A stretch of DNA of 64,000 nt, taken from assembly GCF_009914755.1 (NCBI RefSeq), contig NC_060934.1; one strand, written 5' to 3'. This DNA is from the human T2T-CHM13v2.0 reference genome, Homo sapiens. Of the stretch, positions 61,729 through 64,000 are shown piece by piece. Under the pieces are notes generated by a model, which did no database searches, was not told the origin of the DNA, and was given only the letters and a program-made list of their open reading frames with translations. Position 1 is the stretch's first letter, and each line of letters opens with the position of its first letter. The translations under genes were made by a program, and so were the position numbers.

Positions 61729-63403
61729 CTAATGGCATTCCTCGTAATAAAAATCCACACTCTTTATCCTAGTCTCCATGGTCCTACTTGATCTGGTCAC
61801 TGTGCATCTTTCCAATTTCAGCTGCAATTTATAAACATTCTGCCTGTAGACACAGTGGACTTACTGCCATTTTTCAATTTGTCAGCCTTCTATCTACCTG
61901 AGGTCTTTCTTCCCTCTGAAGTGTTTTTTGTCTAGGTCTTTGTATGGCTTATACTTTATACCGCTGCTTAAGGTCACTTCCTCAGAGGACTTTTCTCTCA
62001 ACATGTATCCACTATTCTCATGACCTTACCCTGCTTCATATTTCTTTATAATTTCTATTATATATCACCAACTGACACTACTTTATAGTGCTGTCTATTG
62101 TTTCCACTACAGTGTAAACTCTGAGGTCAAAAACATTGTCTTATTTACTACTGAAGCGCTAGTACCCAAAATAGTGCATGGCACTAACCTATGGTAGATA
62201 TGGATGACTGGATTGTTTTTATTTCGGTCCATTCCTCACTGCACTTACCTTTTCATTTAAATTTTTTTCTATTATAGATATTATGCAGTGACCAGAAACT
62301 CAAATAGTTTCTGGTTCACTCGGAAAGTTAAACATTTAAAGGTTGGGTAGAAGAGAACTAGTAAAAGTCAGGAATAGGAATATCAAGAGAATGTGGGGTC
62401 AGAAAAGACAACGGACAAGAGTGTTTCCATAAAGGAGTGATTAACAGTGTTATGTTGCAATGAGATTCAAATAAGAACTGAGAATGTCCATTAAACTGAG
62501 CAACATTGAAGTCATTAAACCTTAGTGGGCTACTTTGATGTATGCTGAATGTTGCAATGAGACAGAGGGTTGAAGAATCAGTGGGAGGCAAGGAATTAAA
62601 CATTGCTAGTGTAGACAATTATAAAAGTAAGCTTTAAAGGGGAAGAGAGAACTGAAAATAGTTGGTAGGGAAATAGGAGGTTCCAGCTGGGTGCAGTGGC
62701 TTGCACCTGTAATCCCAGCTACTTGGAGCCTAAGGTGGGAGGATTCCTTGAGTTCAGGAATTAAAGGTTACAGTGAGCTATGATGGTACCACTGCACTCC
62801 AGCCTGGGTGACAGAGTGAGATTTTATCTTTTAAAAAGAGGGAATAATGATTTCTAATCTAAAATAATTTCTGAATAGGCAGCAGGGAGTTGGATCCAGA
62901 GCACAAGATGAGAGAGTGAGAAAGGTATTCAGGATGCAGATGGGTTTGTAAATTTGATGTTGGTAAGCTGAATGGGGAATTCTGTCTTGTAGCTATTGTT
63001 TCCTTTGTTAGGTAGGCCAGAAGTGGGGCCATCTACCGTAACAAGAGGGAGCCAGGGTTTTCTTTTGTTTTGACTTCTATGATTGGATGGATGGTTATGC
63101 ACATTGATATGAAAAGGATTCTATAAGAGGAAGACATTTTGTGTGGGTAGGGAAAAATGACTTGTAACATCATACTTAGAAGAAAATCCCCAGTGCCTTA
63201 TCTGGAGGGTCTGCCTCTGACTTTTTGTGCCATTCCCCCTTGCCAATTCGGCTTCAGTGATACTGGCCTTCTCTCTGATATTCAAACATGCCCAAGTGTA
63301 TTCCTGCTTTACTCTCTGTACACGTGTAGTTTCTGCTTGGATTGCTCTTCCCCCAGGCTGGCTAGCTTCTTGGCATTTGGTTCTCTGCTTAAAGTGCCTA
63401 TCA

Positions 63404-63776
<373 letters not shown>

Positions 63777-64000
63777 TCACTCTCATGCCACCCTATTCTA
63801 ATATTTTGCAATTTCCCCCTTTTCATCCCAACTCCTGGAATGTAAGTTCCATATCAACAGGGATGTAGTCTGTCTGGTTCATTGCTGTACAGCTCCTGTG
63901 ATAGTTCCTGGTATCCAGGAGACATTTTAATTTAATTTTTAATTTTTGTGGGTACACAGTAGGTGTATATGTTTATGGGGTACATGAGATGTTTTGATAC

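Overview
Human (an AluYa5 is present), AT- and Alu-rich genomic DNA containing the 3' half of TBC1D12 (Rab-GAP TBC domain) on the + strand. Ten coding exons (16438-56208) splice in frame with canonical GT-AG sites, encode the IxxDxxR and YxQ catalytic fingers, and are followed by a ~3.1 kb 3' UTR. The introns are layered mobile-element debris: ERVL internal sequence, a Tigger1 split by a ~7.8 kb L1 with a 15-bp TSD, MER44, MLT1, MIR, L2 and dozens of Alus. Main finding: about 1.1 kb of the 3' UTR (57245-58362, minus strand) is a decayed, near-full-length copy of a negative-strand RNA virus nucleoprotein gene (bornavirus-N-like, EBLN-type). It reconstructs to ~365 codons across 2 frameshifts and 5 stops, ends in a gene-end/poly(A)-like TTAGAAAAAAAA, and is carried antisense in the host mRNA just behind a candidate proximal AATAAA. 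Second finding: a 247-bp inverted templated duplication (246/247 identical) inserted into an Alu, predicted to form a near-perfect intronic dsRNA hairpin. Also seen: a near-consensus AluYa5, three young insertions just downstream of one exon, and an expanded, interrupted TTTTA/TGTTA Alu-tail repeat. Viral and repeat-family assignments come from by-eye comparison with remembered sequences and need database confirmation; repeat boundaries are approximate unless a TSD is given.
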